From: Ignisphaera sp.
Lineage (GTDB): Archaea; Thermoproteota; Thermoprotei_A; Sulfolobales; Ignisphaeraceae
Direction: 5' to 3'
NCBI GenBank assembly: GCA_038821645.1
Contig: JAWBDT010000021.1
Location: 1 to 26,585 of the forward strand
DNA: 26,585 nucleotides
Shown: positions 9,519-16,933 of the stretch, piece by piece
How positions within the stretch are numbered: position 1 is the stretch's first letter
Layout: each line of letters starts with the position of its first letter
Notes under the pieces: generated by a model
The model's database searches: none
Told to the model about the DNA's origin: nothing
What the model saw: the letters and a program-made list of their open reading frames with translations, nothing else
Made by a program: the position numbers and the translations under genes

Positions 9519-10160
9519 TTACTGTTCATTGGGGTTACTCGTATGTTTTTTATTCGGACACAGAATTGAATATGCACAGTAAGAGCATTCCCATAGATAT
9601 CTAGGGGCCGGAGAACCAGAAAGTGTACTTCTAATTAAATCTGAAACTTCTCCTTCTGTAACGGGTTTATCTACAACATATTCTGCAACTCTACTGGATG
9701 TTATATACAGAAGGAGAGCTTTTTTGAAGCCTGTTAACCATAGATATATCCGTGTTTGAAGTACATGATGATTTTGTGGAATAGATATATCGAATCTACT
9801 AGTCTTTATCTCGACAATATAGTCGCCCACTATTACATCAATACGTCCGCTAATTATATATGTAATGCCATCTACATCTATGCTCTTTTCATATTCTACC
9901 TCTGTCTTTATGTTATCGTGACCTAATGTTTCTATTAGAAACTTTTCTACTCCATAATGCGAAAATTCACCCAAGATTGTTGTAGGATTTACTGCTGAAG
10001 ATATTGCTAATTCTTTATAGATTTTTTGATACCTATATTTCATTGGACAATAAACAAGGTCTGTTACATAGAGCTCGTTATCAAGCTTTTTCTCAATCCT
10101 TTTCATGTTTTCAGTTATTCTCCATTTATATATTATGTCAACTATACTCAAGTTACTCAT
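9519..10160 (-). CDS. cas4: Cas4-family (RecB-like PD-(D/E)xK, [4Fe-4S]) exonuclease, not linked to CRISPR
   Basis: N-terminal YCP, GRID...VEIKT, QTRIY (QxxxY) and C-terminal WECSYCAYSILCP give the four-Cys Fe-S pattern. Confidence 0.88.
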   Translation of the reverse strand: MSNLSIVDIIYKWRITENMKRIEKKLDNELYVTDLVYCPMKYRYQKIYKELAISSAVNPTTILGEFSHYGVEKFLIETLGHDNIKTEVEYEKSIDVDGITYIISGRIDVIVGDYIVEIKTSRFDISIPQNHHVLQTRIYLWLTGFKKALLLYITSSRVAEYVVDKPVTEGEVSDLIRSTLSGSPAPRYLWECSYCAYSILCPNKKHTSNPNEQ

Positions 10161-10271
10161 AACTACATCCTCTACTCATTAGACCGTAATTTTATTGTAT
10201 ACAGATTATGTATTGTGAATTGTTTACTAAAAACTTATCTAAATTTTTATTTAAATTGGAACTGGAGAAAC

Positions 10272-10330
10272 AAATGCTGAAGGGACCACGAACTGAAAAG
10301 AATATAGTGATGATCTAAGCTAGGCTGAGA
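10272..10330 (+). ncRNA. Box C/D 2'-O-methylation guide sRNA (candidate 1)
   Basis: C-like ATGCTGA 10274-10280; 12-nt guide AGGGACCACGAA; D' CTGA 10293-10296; C' GTGATGA 10307-10313; 11-nt guide TCTAAGCTAGG; D CTGA 10325-10328. Intergenic location. Confidence 0.72.
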
Positions 10331-10332
10331 AC

Positions 10333-11358
10333 TTGTTTGATATATGTCTTCATATGAATGGTTATAACAAGGTGCTATTTTTAGCTATTGGTGGTGGAGG
10401 AGATGTTGCTTTAGCTGCAACTCTAGCTCTATCGTATGAAAGATGTAGAGGGCAAGCTGTTGTTGGATCTATTGCTTGGGAACGTTATTCGGTAGATCCT
10501 GTTCCAGGACCTATATCAATAGATGAATTATTTAATACTGTAAAGAAGACTGAAGACTATGCTATTGTAAATGCTAACACCTTTGCTATAAGAGGTGGTA
10601 GAGTCGTTATACCTCAACCAGTTAATGTATCAAAATTTCTGAAAAGAGATATTGTTGTCTTTGAACTAAGCAAAGGTGCTAAAGGTTTAGCTAGAGCTAT
10701 AGAAAACTACATGAATAGTCATGGAATCGATGCTGTTATCGGTGTTGACGTTGGAGGAGATTCGCTAGCTGAAGGTTTTGAAGATGAGCTTTGGAGTCCT
10801 TTAGCTGATGGTATATCTGTAGCAGCATTAGCACGCGTCATGAGATCTTACTTGGCTGTAGCTTGTCCTGGAGCTGATGGAGAACTCCCTATAAACTATA
10901 TAGAGAAAAGACTACGCAGAATAGCTCGATTAAACGGTTATTTAGGAGGCTATATACTTTCTCGAAAGGATCTTGAGGTATTGAGAAACATACTTATTGA
11001 AGTAGTATCAGAAGCAAGCACAATACCATTAACAGTACTTAGTACAGATTTGGATAAAATTGTGATTAGAAATGGAAGTAGAGAAGTACGACTATCCATC
11101 ATAAATTTAGCAGTATTTCTACTGGATGCAGTTACTGTAGCCAGAGACACTATTGCTCGGTATATATATGATACTGATAGTTTTAATGAAGCAAAGTGGA
11201 TACTTAATAAGTTAGGAATAGTAACAGAATATGATATCGAAGAAGAGATATTTAATGAGATCGTTCAAGGAAGAAACTATGCTGATATAGATCTAGTAGA
11301 GATAAGAAATAGGTTAAGAAATAGACTTATAAAACTACATAAACCTAACAAAACATGA
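10333..11358 (+). CDS. DUF1152 family protein
   Basis: AIGGGGDV, WERY.VDPVPGP, GVDVGGD.LA.G.E..LWSPLAD, GADGEL and SEAS. The start may be ATG 10354. Confidence 0.85.
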   Translation: MFDICLHMNGYNKVLFLAIGGGGDVALAATLALSYERCRGQAVVGSIAWERYSVDPVPGPISIDELFNTVKKTEDYAIVNANTFAIRGGRVVIPQPVNVSKFLKRDIVVFELSKGAKGLARAIENYMNSHGIDAVIGVDVGGDSLAEGFEDELWSPLADGISVAALARVMRSYLAVACPGADGELPINYIEKRLRRIARLNGYLGGYILSRKDLEVLRNILIEVVSEASTIPLTVLSTDLDKIVIRNGSREVRLSIINLAVFLLDAVTVARDTIARYIYDTDSFNEAKWILNKLGIVTEYDIEEEIFNEIVQGRNYADIDLVEIRNRLRNRLIKLHKPNKT

Positions 11359-11429
11359 ACATTAGATGTATAAACCAAAATTTGCTTGAACATCATTAAC
11401 GATAATCTGATATTGTAAATTAAGTTCTG

Positions 11430-11467
11430 TATTAATATTACGTAACCATATTAATATTATGTAACCA
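11430..11467. repeat. Tandem direct repeat, 2 x 19 bp (TATTAATATTAYGTAACCA)
   Basis: 11430-11448 TATTAATATTACGTAACCA and 11449-11467 TATTAATATTATGTAACCA differ by one mismatch. A partial TTATGTA follows. Confidence 0.8.
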
Positions 11468-11578
11468 TTATGTATGATTTAAAAATAGTATAATCTTGAT
11501 TGCCACATAGAGGGAAAGAAATAAATTGTGATCTGATGAAGATTCCTATCTATCTAGAGCCACTAGTAATTATTGTGT

Positions 11579-11633
11579 TCATCAGAAACACAAGCCTTCA
11601 TCATTAAGTCAGTACAGCCGTGATCATCATTCT
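11579..11633 (-). ncRNA. Box C/D 2'-O-methylation guide sRNA (candidate 2)
   Basis: The minus strand reads ATGATGA(C, 11630-11624)-TCACGGCTGTA-CTGA(D', 11612-11609)-CTTA-ATGATGA(C', 11604-11598)-AGGCTTGTGTTT-CTGA(D, 11585-11582). All four boxes are perfect, with 11- and 12-nt guides. Confidence 0.9.
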
Positions 11634-11658
11634 TCGATACATTCTGGAATACGATAGC

Positions 11659-11931
11659 TTATCTACTACTAGGTCTTTGCTCTTTTTTAGCTCTTTTGTA
11701 TATGTGCACAAGTATAAGTCCTGCAAACGTTATTTTGTATCTTCCACTTCTTGTCCTCCTTATGAATCCTGCTTTACGTAACTTTCTTATCATTGTCTTA
11801 GTTCTATATGGGTCTAGATTCCATAGCTTAGAAAGTTCTTCTTCAGTAAATGATTTGTTCGGAGATGTATCAAGATCTTTGATAAAATATATATAGTTTT
11901 CGAGAGATGATACATCTATAGAATCTGTCAA
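11659..11931 (-). CDS. Small winged-helix DNA-binding protein
   Basis: FTEEELSKLWNLDPYRTKTMIRKLRKAGFIRRTRSGRYKITFAG is a wHTH with a basic wing. It lies 24 bp downstream of TIP49. Confidence 0.75.
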   Translation of the reverse strand: MTDSIDVSSLENYIYFIKDLDTSPNKSFTEEELSKLWNLDPYRTKTMIRKLRKAGFIRRTRSGRYKITFAGLILVHIYKRAKKEQRPSSR

Positions 11932-11955
11932 GTCTGTTCAGCTCAATGCTGATCT

Positions 11956-13347
11956 CTATTTCAAGAGCTTTGATTCCCATGACTTTGCTAATTCTGTGCT
12001 TTGTGAAATATCTATAAAGAGTTTGGTTACTTCCTCAATATCTTCAGATCTAACCTCTGATCTTCCCTTCCGTTCAGCTATTATTTTTGCTGGATGCATT
12101 AGCTGTACAGCATATCTTAAGCTTCTACTACCTGCAATCTTAACTAGATAGTCTATAGCTTCTGGAGTCAATTCTACTTCTTCTTCACTAGCTCTAATTT
12201 TTATTATCTCTTTAACCTCATTCTCTGTATAAGGTCTGAAGGGTATTATTAGAAGTCTGTCAAGAATGTCTAGCGGTATACCATGAGGAGATTCTATATC
12301 TGTTCCACGTATCTTGGTTATACCTCTATTTGTTGCCATTATTATTATAGGTGAGAACTCGCTCTCCATAACTCTCGATAAGAAGCTAAACGCCTCTATA
12401 TCAAGCATATGAACATCATCTATGAACAAGACCCCTGGAACTAACGATGCTTTGTTTTCAGATAAGAGTTTTCTGGCAGTTTCATCTGAAGCCTTCCTTA
12501 TCTCAGGATCTATCTCTTTTTCTTCAGCAAACAGACTTATTATTGATACAGCTCTTCTTTGAGCTAGATAAGCTTCATCTATATCATGAAGAGTTATCGT
12601 TCTCACAATCTCTTTCTCTTTAAATATCTTACCTTTGGGCATATCTTCATAAACTTTGTACGTCTCGACATCGAAATAACGAGCTTTTTCAATACCCTTC
12701 ACACGTCCAAGTTTAAAGACTTCGCCAGTATCACTATCAATGCTTATGAGATCTCCTCTCCTTATACCAAGTTGAGCTAACTGCATAGCTATGCTTTGAT
12801 CTACCTCTATAGTTTTTTCTTCATCTTTTGTAGATAAAGTTATTCTTGCTGCTCTTGGTATTTTTGCATAGGGATTAAATGGATGTGAAGCTAAAGAGAA
12901 CTTAAGTTCTTTAACAACACCCTCGTAGACTCTTCTAATCTCTTTATATCTAAGTCCTATAGCTCTTCTAACAGCTCTCATAAGTATCTCAGTTTTCTTT
13001 AGTTCTGTAGAATATAACTCAGATCCATTGAGCATTACAAAAGGTGTGTCTTCGCCAAGCTCTCTAGCTATACCTATTGCTAAAGCTGTTTTACCTACAC
13101 CAGGCGGACCTACAAAAAGTATTCCTCTGCCTGCAAGCTTACCTTCCTTAATCATCTTCACAATTATTCCTGCCGCCCGTCTAGCTTCTAACTGACCTAC
13201 AAGACCATCTGCAACAAATATTGGTTCACCTTTTTCATCAAGACCAAGTCCCCTTATGTGGCTATGTGCACTAATCCTCTTTAACATTTCAATCTTGCTT
13301 TCTTCTTTGATTTCTCTAATCATTCTAAGTCGCCTAATACAAATCAA
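11956..13347 (-). CDS. TIP49/RuvB-like (Rvb1/Rvb2 homolog) AAA+ ATPase
   Basis: RISAHSHIRGLGLD, GLVGQ..AR.AAG, Walker A GPPGVGKT, KKTE.L, TLHDID, PGVLFIDDVHMLDIE, ATNRG and SPHGIPLD.LDR. Likely start ATG 13323. Confidence 0.96.
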   Translation of the reverse strand: MICIRRLRMIREIKEESKIEMLKRISAHSHIRGLGLDEKGEPIFVADGLVGQLEARRAAGIIVKMIKEGKLAGRGILFVGPPGVGKTALAIGIARELGEDTPFVMLNGSELYSTELKKTEILMRAVRRAIGLRYKEIRRVYEGVVKELKFSLASHPFNPYAKIPRAARITLSTKDEEKTIEVDQSIAMQLAQLGIRRGDLISIDSDTGEVFKLGRVKGIEKARYFDVETYKVYEDMPKGKIFKEKEIVRTITLHDIDEAYLAQRRAVSIISLFAEEKEIDPEIRKASDETARKLLSENKASLVPGVLFIDDVHMLDIEAFSFLSRVMESEFSPIIIMATNRGITKIRGTDIESPHGIPLDILDRLLIIPFRPYTENEVKEIIKIRASEEEVELTPEAIDYLVKIAGSRSLRYAVQLMHPAKIIAERKGRSEVRSEDIEEVTKLFIDISQSTELAKSWESKLLK

Positions 13348-13666
13348 TTCTATATATGGTGCTTACAAATTTCATCTCAACTTTAGCTCTAAATATATTA
13401 CTGGATCCAGCTATAAATTTTGATAAAGATATAAATGACTATCTAATTGACTAATATAGACCTATAACTTGATATAGTTTTAGATGTGAAGAGAATCTTG
13501 CAAGAGGTATGGGGTTTCTGATTTTCTATAAAAACGATATATCTCTATTGTTAAACACAGTTTAGAGTTATTCAAGACCTTATAGATAAATCTATCAACA
13601 AAAATTCCATATCACTTCTCAATATAAAGTTTGCTTCAATACCTAACTTTAAGACCTAGGTTTGAG

Positions 13667-13687
13667 ATCATCATGAGATATGATGAT
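13667..13687. repeat. Perfect 8-bp inverted repeat ATCATCAT-GAGAT-ATGATGAT
   Basis: Seen directly, 6 bp past the ADH stop. Possible 3' hairpin or protein-binding site. Confidence 0.5.
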
Positions 13688-13693
13688 GTTAAA

Positions 13694-14848
13694 CTATAGA
13701 GCACTACGAACAATATCCATAACTACGTCCTCTGTGACGGCAAAGGGTGTGTTGCCGAACATATAGCTAAGTCTTGTGAGAGCTAGTTTAGCTATAGTTT
13801 TTAATTCTTTTTCAGTAAAGCCATAATCCCCTAAACGTTCATTGAATCCTACTTCCTCTTGGAATCTGAATACCGTTCTTGAAGCTTCTTCCGCATATTC
13901 AGGTGAGGGTTTTATAGATGGGTTTATGTGTCTAAGTAGTTTAGCTGATTGCTCTGGTCTAACTCTATGTGTGTAGTATACTGCTCTAGGTCCCAATAGA
14001 GCTAAACCACATGCGTGAGCTAGCTTCGGTTCTAATCCACTTAATGCGTGTTCAATTCCGTGAATAATATGTGTAGAGCCCATATCAATAGCTATTCCAG
14101 CAACCATTGCTGCATACATCATTTTGTACCTCAGTTCAATATTCTTAAGGTCGTTAACAAGTTGTGGAAGAACTTCCGATATTATTTTGGTTGCTTCTTC
14201 ACTAAGCATCTCTATGAAGATATTTGATGCAAGTGATGTAGCAGATTCATAAACATGGTAGAAGGCATCTAGAGATGTGTATAATGTCTGTCTTCTATCC
14301 AGTGTTAATGTGTATTTAGGATCGTCAATAGATACATCAGGATACTTAATGCTTAGACCATGCTTTTCCTTCACATCGTCTAACGTTATAACGGCGTATC
14401 TATCAACTTCGGTACCAGTTCCATGAGTCGTATTTATAGCTATTAAAGGTAGAGACTTTCTAGCCTTCTTAACGCCATCGATATAATCCTTAACCTTACC
14501 ACCATTTATTGCGATAGTTAATCCAATCTTAGCGGTATCTATTGGGCTTCCACCACCGATAGCTATAACGGCCTCAGCTCCCTCAAACCATATTGTTTTT
14601 GCAAGATCTTCAGCTTGACTTGCCCAGGGATTTGGTGAAACATTATCATAAACTATATATCTTATCCCTAGATCTCTGAGAATTTTCTCAGTATCGTTGA
14701 GGGCTCCTGAGAGTTTAGCTGAAGCTTTACCTGAAACAATTACGACTCTTTCAAATTTGGATAGATGCTCCTTGATATTTTGTACAGCGTCTAAGCCAAA
14801 GTATAGCGTTGTTTCTGCATACCTGAGTCTAAAGTTCTTGAGCTCCAT
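13694..14848 (-). CDS. Iron-containing (group III) alcohol dehydrogenase
   Basis: AIGGGSPIDTAK, TTHGTGTE, DAFYH.YE, HIIHGIEH and HACGL metal ligands. GGTGA SD upstream. Confidence 0.95.
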   Translation of the reverse strand: MELKNFRLRYAETTLYFGLDAVQNIKEHLSKFERVVIVSGKASAKLSGALNDTEKILRDLGIRYIVYDNVSPNPWASQAEDLAKTIWFEGAEAVIAIGGGSPIDTAKIGLTIAINGGKVKDYIDGVKKARKSLPLIAINTTHGTGTEVDRYAVITLDDVKEKHGLSIKYPDVSIDDPKYTLTLDRRQTLYTSLDAFYHVYESATSLASNIFIEMLSEEATKIISEVLPQLVNDLKNIELRYKMMYAAMVAGIAIDMGSTHIIHGIEHALSGLEPKLAHACGLALLGPRAVYYTHRVRPEQSAKLLRHINPSIKPSPEYAEEASRTVFRFQEEVGFNERLGDYGFTEKELKTIAKLALTRLSYMFGNTPFAVTEDVVMDIVRSAL

Positions 14849-14879
14849 GCAATCACCTATAAGCCTTATCTAGTGACAT

Positions 14880-14896
14880 AATTTAATAAATTTTGT
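14880..14896 (-). promoter_or_regulatory. Probable BRE/TATA promoter of the Fe-ADH gene
   Basis: The minus strand reads CAAAATTTATTAAAT about 35-45 nt upstream of ATG 14848, with a GGTGA SD in between. Confidence 0.5.
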
Positions 14897-14910
14897 GTAT
14901 GTGACTAAAC

Positions 14911-15876
14911 CTAAGTAACTCTGAATAAGCTCTGGTTTTTATATAGAGAATATATTGATATTGCTACTGCTACGATATCTGCTGTAGATCCTGGATTCAC
15001 TCTAGCCGAAGCTAATTCATCGTCAAATACCTTTAATTTTTCGAGACAATTAGCCCATGATTCTTCACACAACTTTAGAGTCTCTTTTGCCTCTTCTTTC
15101 ACTCTTTGAGCTACTTCATATCCATTTTTTCTTACAATAAGTGTATCTAGTTCTCTAGACAGTTGATATAGATATGTCTCTACAACAGCTCTATTCCATA
15201 CTCCATGATTTTTGAGACGATCAAATATGTAGTTTGAAAGTGTGTAGGCTCTGGGATAACATTCTACAATCTCTCTTGCCACAATATCGTAAGAACTACT
15301 ATACTCTATGATACTCCACAGCCTAAGATTCTTTTCAATCAATTCTTGTCTATACCTTTTGCTCCATACACTTGGAAACTCTCCAGTAACATCAGATTTC
15401 TTTATATAGCTAGGCCTAGCGATTCTTATAGCTCTATAGAAGTATATAGCATCTAATACAGTTGAGTATTTTTTAAAACACGCACAAGCATCAATCAATA
15501 TATTATCGATTTTGATTTCACCATATAGCATGAGATTTCTCCCTAAGGCAATCGATAGAGGAGATAATAGTAAGGCTGTACCAAGACATGTATTGCCGCC
15601 GCCACTGATAATTTTAGAGGTCTTGACCATATCTAGTATTACGTCTCCGTATACAATTCGTAGTCTATCTAAGCTTCTACCATATCTATAGCCTCTCCTA
15701 ATACCTCTGTAAAGAGGATACACAGACTCTATAGCTGTTGCTATGAAGTCTTCATAAATAGTATCATCAAAATCTCTTAGTCTGTGAACGTTACCCGGCT
15801 TAGGGAATGCTGAAACTTCTAGTGCTATTCCAAGAGCAAGTTTCTCGGCATATCTAATGAGACTTGAAGATAACAT
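14911..15876 (-). CDS. CitG-family triphosphoribosyl-dephospho-CoA synthase homolog
   Basis: LEVSAFPKPGNVHR, GGNTCLG, DTLIVRKNG and NPGSTADIV. Start set to ATG 15876 after a GGTG SD; the ORF track starts at 15894. Confidence 0.9.
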   Translation of the reverse strand: MLSSSLIRYAEKLALGIALEVSAFPKPGNVHRLRDFDDTIYEDFIATAIESVYPLYRGIRRGYRYGRSLDRLRIVYGDVILDMVKTSKIISGGGNTCLGTALLLSPLSIALGRNLMLYGEIKIDNILIDACACFKKYSTVLDAIYFYRAIRIARPSYIKKSDVTGEFPSVWSKRYRQELIEKNLRLWSIIEYSSSYDIVAREIVECYPRAYTLSNYIFDRLKNHGVWNRAVVETYLYQLSRELDTLIVRKNGYEVAQRVKEEAKETLKLCEESWANCLEKLKVFDDELASARVNPGSTADIVAVAISIYSLYKNQSLFRVT

Positions 15877-15998
15877 ATAACTACACCATACCATTATTCT
15901 AGATCTAGTTCATTATTATTGTTTCTTAATCTCCATACATTATCTAGGTATCTTGACATCAACGAAACATATTTTCTTTGTCTAGAAGTATTGTCCAC

Positions 15999-16039
15999 AA
16001 AAGTTTTTAACCAGACCCTGACCTCAAACCTTTGTCAGG
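15999..16039 (+). promoter_or_regulatory. Probable hydrogenase operon promoter (BRE-TATA) with downstream inverted repeat
   Basis: AAAAG-TTTTTAA at 15999-16010. CCTGAC-N11-GTCAGG at 16017-16039 spans the expected transcription start. Confidence 0.5.
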
Positions 16040-16047
16040 TTATGCTT

Positions 16048-16485
16048 ATGGATAAGGTGAGAGTTCTTAAGTATTCGCCATGGCTTGTTCATTTCAATAC
16101 TGGTGCCTGTAATGGATGTGATATAGAGGTTCTAGCCGCTATAACCCCTCTCTATGATCCTGAGAGATATGGGATAAAGCTTGCTCCTTCTGTTAGACAT
16201 GGAGATATCCTTGTAGTTACTGGTGTTGTTACTAAAAAGGCTGCAGAAAGACTGAAGAGACTCTATGACCAAATGCCAAATGTTAAATACGTTGTTGCTG
16301 TAGGTGCTTGTGCCTATAATGGAGGAGTTTTTAAGGGAAGCTACAGTATAGCTGGTGGAGCTAATAAGGTTGTCCCTGTACATGCGTATGTTCCTGGATG
16401 CCCTCCTAGACCCGAGGAAATACTTAGAGCACTTCTCATGCTTCTCGGCAGAGAAAAGACTGTAGAGGTAGATAGAGTTGGATAG
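16048..16485 (+). CDS. Group 4 [NiFe]-hydrogenase small subunit (MbhJ/NuoB-like)
   Basis: SPW..HFNTGACNGCDIE, YDPERYG, VGACA..GG and YVPGCPPRPE. The start is more likely ATG 16048 or 16042 (AGGT SD) than TTG 15919. Confidence 0.93.
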   Translation: MDKVRVLKYSPWLVHFNTGACNGCDIEVLAAITPLYDPERYGIKLAPSVRHGDILVVTGVVTKKAAERLKRLYDQMPNVKYVVAVGACAYNGGVFKGSYSIAGGANKVVPVHAYVPGCPPRPEEILRALLMLLGREKTVEVDRVG

Positions 16486-16927
16486 AGTTGAAGACATAGA
16501 TGGTATTCTAAAGCCTTACATTATTAAGAAAGATATTATGAAGCCAAATAGAGATGTTTATATAGTTGAGGCTAAAAACATTAGAGAAATTATGAAGAAT
16601 TTGAAGAATATTTATGAAGGTAACTTGTATCTAGCCACGATAGTGGGTGTTGATAGGATAAAGGAGAATCTATTTGAACTCAACTATTTCATCCATATAG
16701 TTTCCCTAGGTAAAACAATAGTGATAAAAACCTATATTCCTAGAAATGAGCCTAAAATAGACACTATACTAGACATATTCCCTGGTTCATATGAAGCTGA
16801 AGCAGAAATCTATGATTTACTAGGTATAGAATTTATAGGCAATAACTACCTTAGGCGTGGATTCTTTGTACCCGCTGATGTTGTTTCACAAAATATCTAT
16901 CCACTTCGGAAAGACGCACAGGTGTAA
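16478..16927 (+). CDS. Hydrogenase NuoC-like subunit (MbhK)
   Basis: YLATIVGVD, FELNY, EAEIYDLLGIEFIG and YPLRKD. TTG start after a GAGGT SD. Confidence 0.9.
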   Translation: MDRVEDIDGILKPYIIKKDIMKPNRDVYIVEAKNIREIMKNLKNIYEGNLYLATIVGVDRIKENLFELNYFIHIVSLGKTIVIKTYIPRNEPKIDTILDIFPGSYEAEAEIYDLLGIEFIGNNYLRRGFFVPADVVSQNIYPLRKDAQV

Positions 16928-16933
16928 CTCTCT

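Noticed and set aside
11430-11467. CRISPR mini-array near cas4
   Set aside because: The repeats abut with no spacer, are only 19 bp, and lack a CRISPR-like terminus.
11526-11593. Hammerhead-ribozyme-like CTGATGA...GAAA on the plus strand
   Set aside because: No stem II pairing between the CUGAUGA and GAAA flanks and no stem I. The motifs are better explained by the antisense C/D sRNA and local inverted repeats.
11586-11623. Assignment of sRNA 2 guides to 16S rRNA (CAAGCCU and GCCGUGA stretches recalled near helix 11)
   Set aside because: Only about 7-nt matches from memory, with a mismatch at the methylation-defining +5 position for the D guide. The actual rRNA sequence is needed.
13615-13740. 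Possible third C/D sRNA from the ATGATGA boxes at 13667-13687
   Set aside because: No CTGA D/D' boxes at the proper spacing on either strand. Kept only as an inverted repeat.
15919-16047. N-terminal extension of the hydrogenase small subunit given by the ORF track
   Set aside because: It runs through the divergent promoter region and TATA box. Homology begins near SPW, and a better ATG with SD exists at 16048.
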